Shown: one piece after another, positions 62,699-64,000 of the stretch
How the letters are laid out: each line of letters opens with the position of its first letter
Position numbering within the stretch: position 1 is the stretch's first letter
Assembly: GCA_044229975.1 (NCBI GenBank)
Contig: JBGARZ010000002.1
Coordinates: forward strand, 416,001 to 480,000
Source of the DNA: Polyangiales bacterium
Lineage (GTDB): Bacteria; Myxococcota_A; Polyangia; Polyangiales; Ga0077539
DNA: 64,000 nt
Direction: 5' to 3'
The notes under the pieces: model-generated
What the model saw: the letters and a program-made list of their open reading frames with translations, nothing else
Databases searched by the model: none
Told to the model about the DNA's origin: nothing
Translations under genes and position numbers: made by a program

Positions 62699-64000
62699 TC
62701 ACGGGTCTTGGAAGCCGGTGAGCCGACGCGCTTCGAGGAAGCGCTCGCTCAACGAGACGCGCACGAGACGCGCAGCCGCGGGCACCTCGTCGATGACCCG
62801 CGCCGGGAGCACCCCGGGGGGGGCGAGCGCGGCGACGGCCGCCGGGAGGTCGCCAGTCGCGAGGAGGGCGATGCGGTCGCCGAACTCCAACGCGGCGCCG
62901 TGGATCACCGCCGGGTCGAAGGGGCGGCGCAGCACCGCGCGCGCGGCGGGCATGAGCTCGGCGTGCAGCTCGCGGGGCATCGCGCGGGTGATGGCGCGGG
63001 AGAGCGTGTCGAGCTTCGTCGGGTCGACGCCCTCGGCCTTGAACATCGGCTCGAACTGCCGCAGCAGCGCCGTCATCACCAGCTTGAACTCCGCGAGGTC
63101 CATCCGCAGCGGCAGCGAGAGGCCCTGGGTGATGAGCAGCGCGGCCCGCGCCACGGCGAAGCGCGTGACGATGGAAGCGGGCGCCGAGAAGGCCACGAGC
63201 ACGCGCGCGGGCGAGCGACCGACCGGGAGCGCGATGGCCGGGAGCTGTGTCGTCAGGAAGATCTCGACGTCGCCGAGGTCGAGCATGCGGGCCCACCGTT
63301 CGATCTCGGCGCGGAGACCGTGCGGACGCGCGCCGAGCGGATCGGCCTGCGAGACGGCCGGGTCAAAGGCCGCCAACGGGTCGAGCACCGTGGAGGTCTT
63401 GACCAGGAGCTCCCGAAGGTCGGAAGGGAGCGCGGGGGGCGCGAGCAGGTCGAGCGCGGCGGGCAGCAGGCTCTCGATGCCAGCACCCGCGACGACACCG
63501 TCGGGCGCGAGCGCACGCAGCGCGTCGTTGGCCACCCCGAGGGTGACGGCGGTGGCGGCGACCACGCGCTCACCGTCGCTCGATCCGCTCAGGCGCAGCC
63601 AGGTCGCGAGTCGTTGGAGCGCCTCCACGTCGCGCACGTTGCGGTCGACGCCCGCGCGAACGTCGTCGGCGCACGCCTTCAGCGCCTCTTCCGCGAGGGC
63701 GGAGTCCGCGAGCGGACCGCGGGCCATGGTCGCCAGTCGAAGGCCGTGACCGACGCGCTCGACGGGCGTGCGACCGCGGCGCAGCAGCACCTTGCGAGCC
63801 TCGACCTCGCGGGTGGGTTCGCCCACGCGTTCGTAGTAGCGGGCCAGGCGCTCCCACGGGCGCGGGTCGCTCGCGGCGGCCTGGGCAACGCGACGCCACG
63901 CGGCCTCGGCGCGCTTGGGGTCACCGAGCTTGCTGTCGAACAGGTCACCGAGCTGGATGAGCAGCTCGAGGTTCTCGGCGCCGTCGCCGCTCGACTTGGC
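62699..64000 (-). CDS. C-terminal part of a large TPR protein (5' end outside the window)
   Basis: Frame open from 64000 (AKSSGDGAENLELLIQLGDLFDSKLGDPKRAEAAWRRV...); TPR-like helices; DRIALLATGDL...SERFLEARR terminus. Confidence 0.85.
   Translation of the reverse strand, partial: AKSSGDGAENLELLIQLGDLFDSKLGDPKRAEAAWRRVAQAAASDPRPWERLARYYERVGEPTREVEARKVLLRRGRTPVERVGHGLRLATMARGPLADSALAEEALKACADDVRAGVDRNVRDVEALQRLATWLRLSGSSDGERVVAATAVTLGVANDALRALAPDGVVAGAGIESLLPAALDLLAPPALPSDLRELLVKTSTVLDPLAAFDPAVSQADPLGARPHGLRAEIERWARMLDLGDVEIFLTTQLPAIALPVGRSPARVLVAFSAPASIVTRFAVARAALLITQGLSLPLRMDLAEFKLVMTALLRQFEPMFKAEGVDPTKLDTLSRAITRAMPRELHAELMPAARAVLRRPFDPAVIHGAALEFGDRIALLATGDLPAAVAALAPPGVLPARVIDEVPAAARLVRVSLSERFLEARRLTGFQDP

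Overview
High-GC bacterial chromosomal DNA, most likely Myxococcota (Polyangia-like). This is inferred from the Cys-rich lipoproteins, a kinase/sigma54-activator fusion, a TSP3-OmpA protein and a giant TPR protein. I support about 46 CDSs, two of them truncated by the window ends. I saw no rRNA, tRNA, CRISPR array, integrase or transposase. Housekeeping genes include plsC, addB/addA-like, thrB, an Fpg/Nei glycosylase, glnB-glnA, psd, exbB-exbD-tonB, truD, an Fe/Mn SOD and rnr. Two things stand out. (1) A compact candidate inorganic-carbon regulon: a GlrK/GlrR-like sigma54 two-component pair lies between a SulP transporter and a beta-carbonic anhydrase, and both flanking genes carry paired TGTC-N10-GACA boxes followed by a sigma54-like promoter. 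(2) A tightly coupled five-gene operon at 16727-23742 of unknown function, encoding a Zn-ribbon/divergent Hsp70-actin-fold ATPase with an unusual repeat tail, two small orphan proteins, a vWA/MIDAS lipoprotein and a short lidless Hsp70. All calls come from reading motifs by eye; no database search was run, and several starts were moved from the ORF track to more plausible codons.
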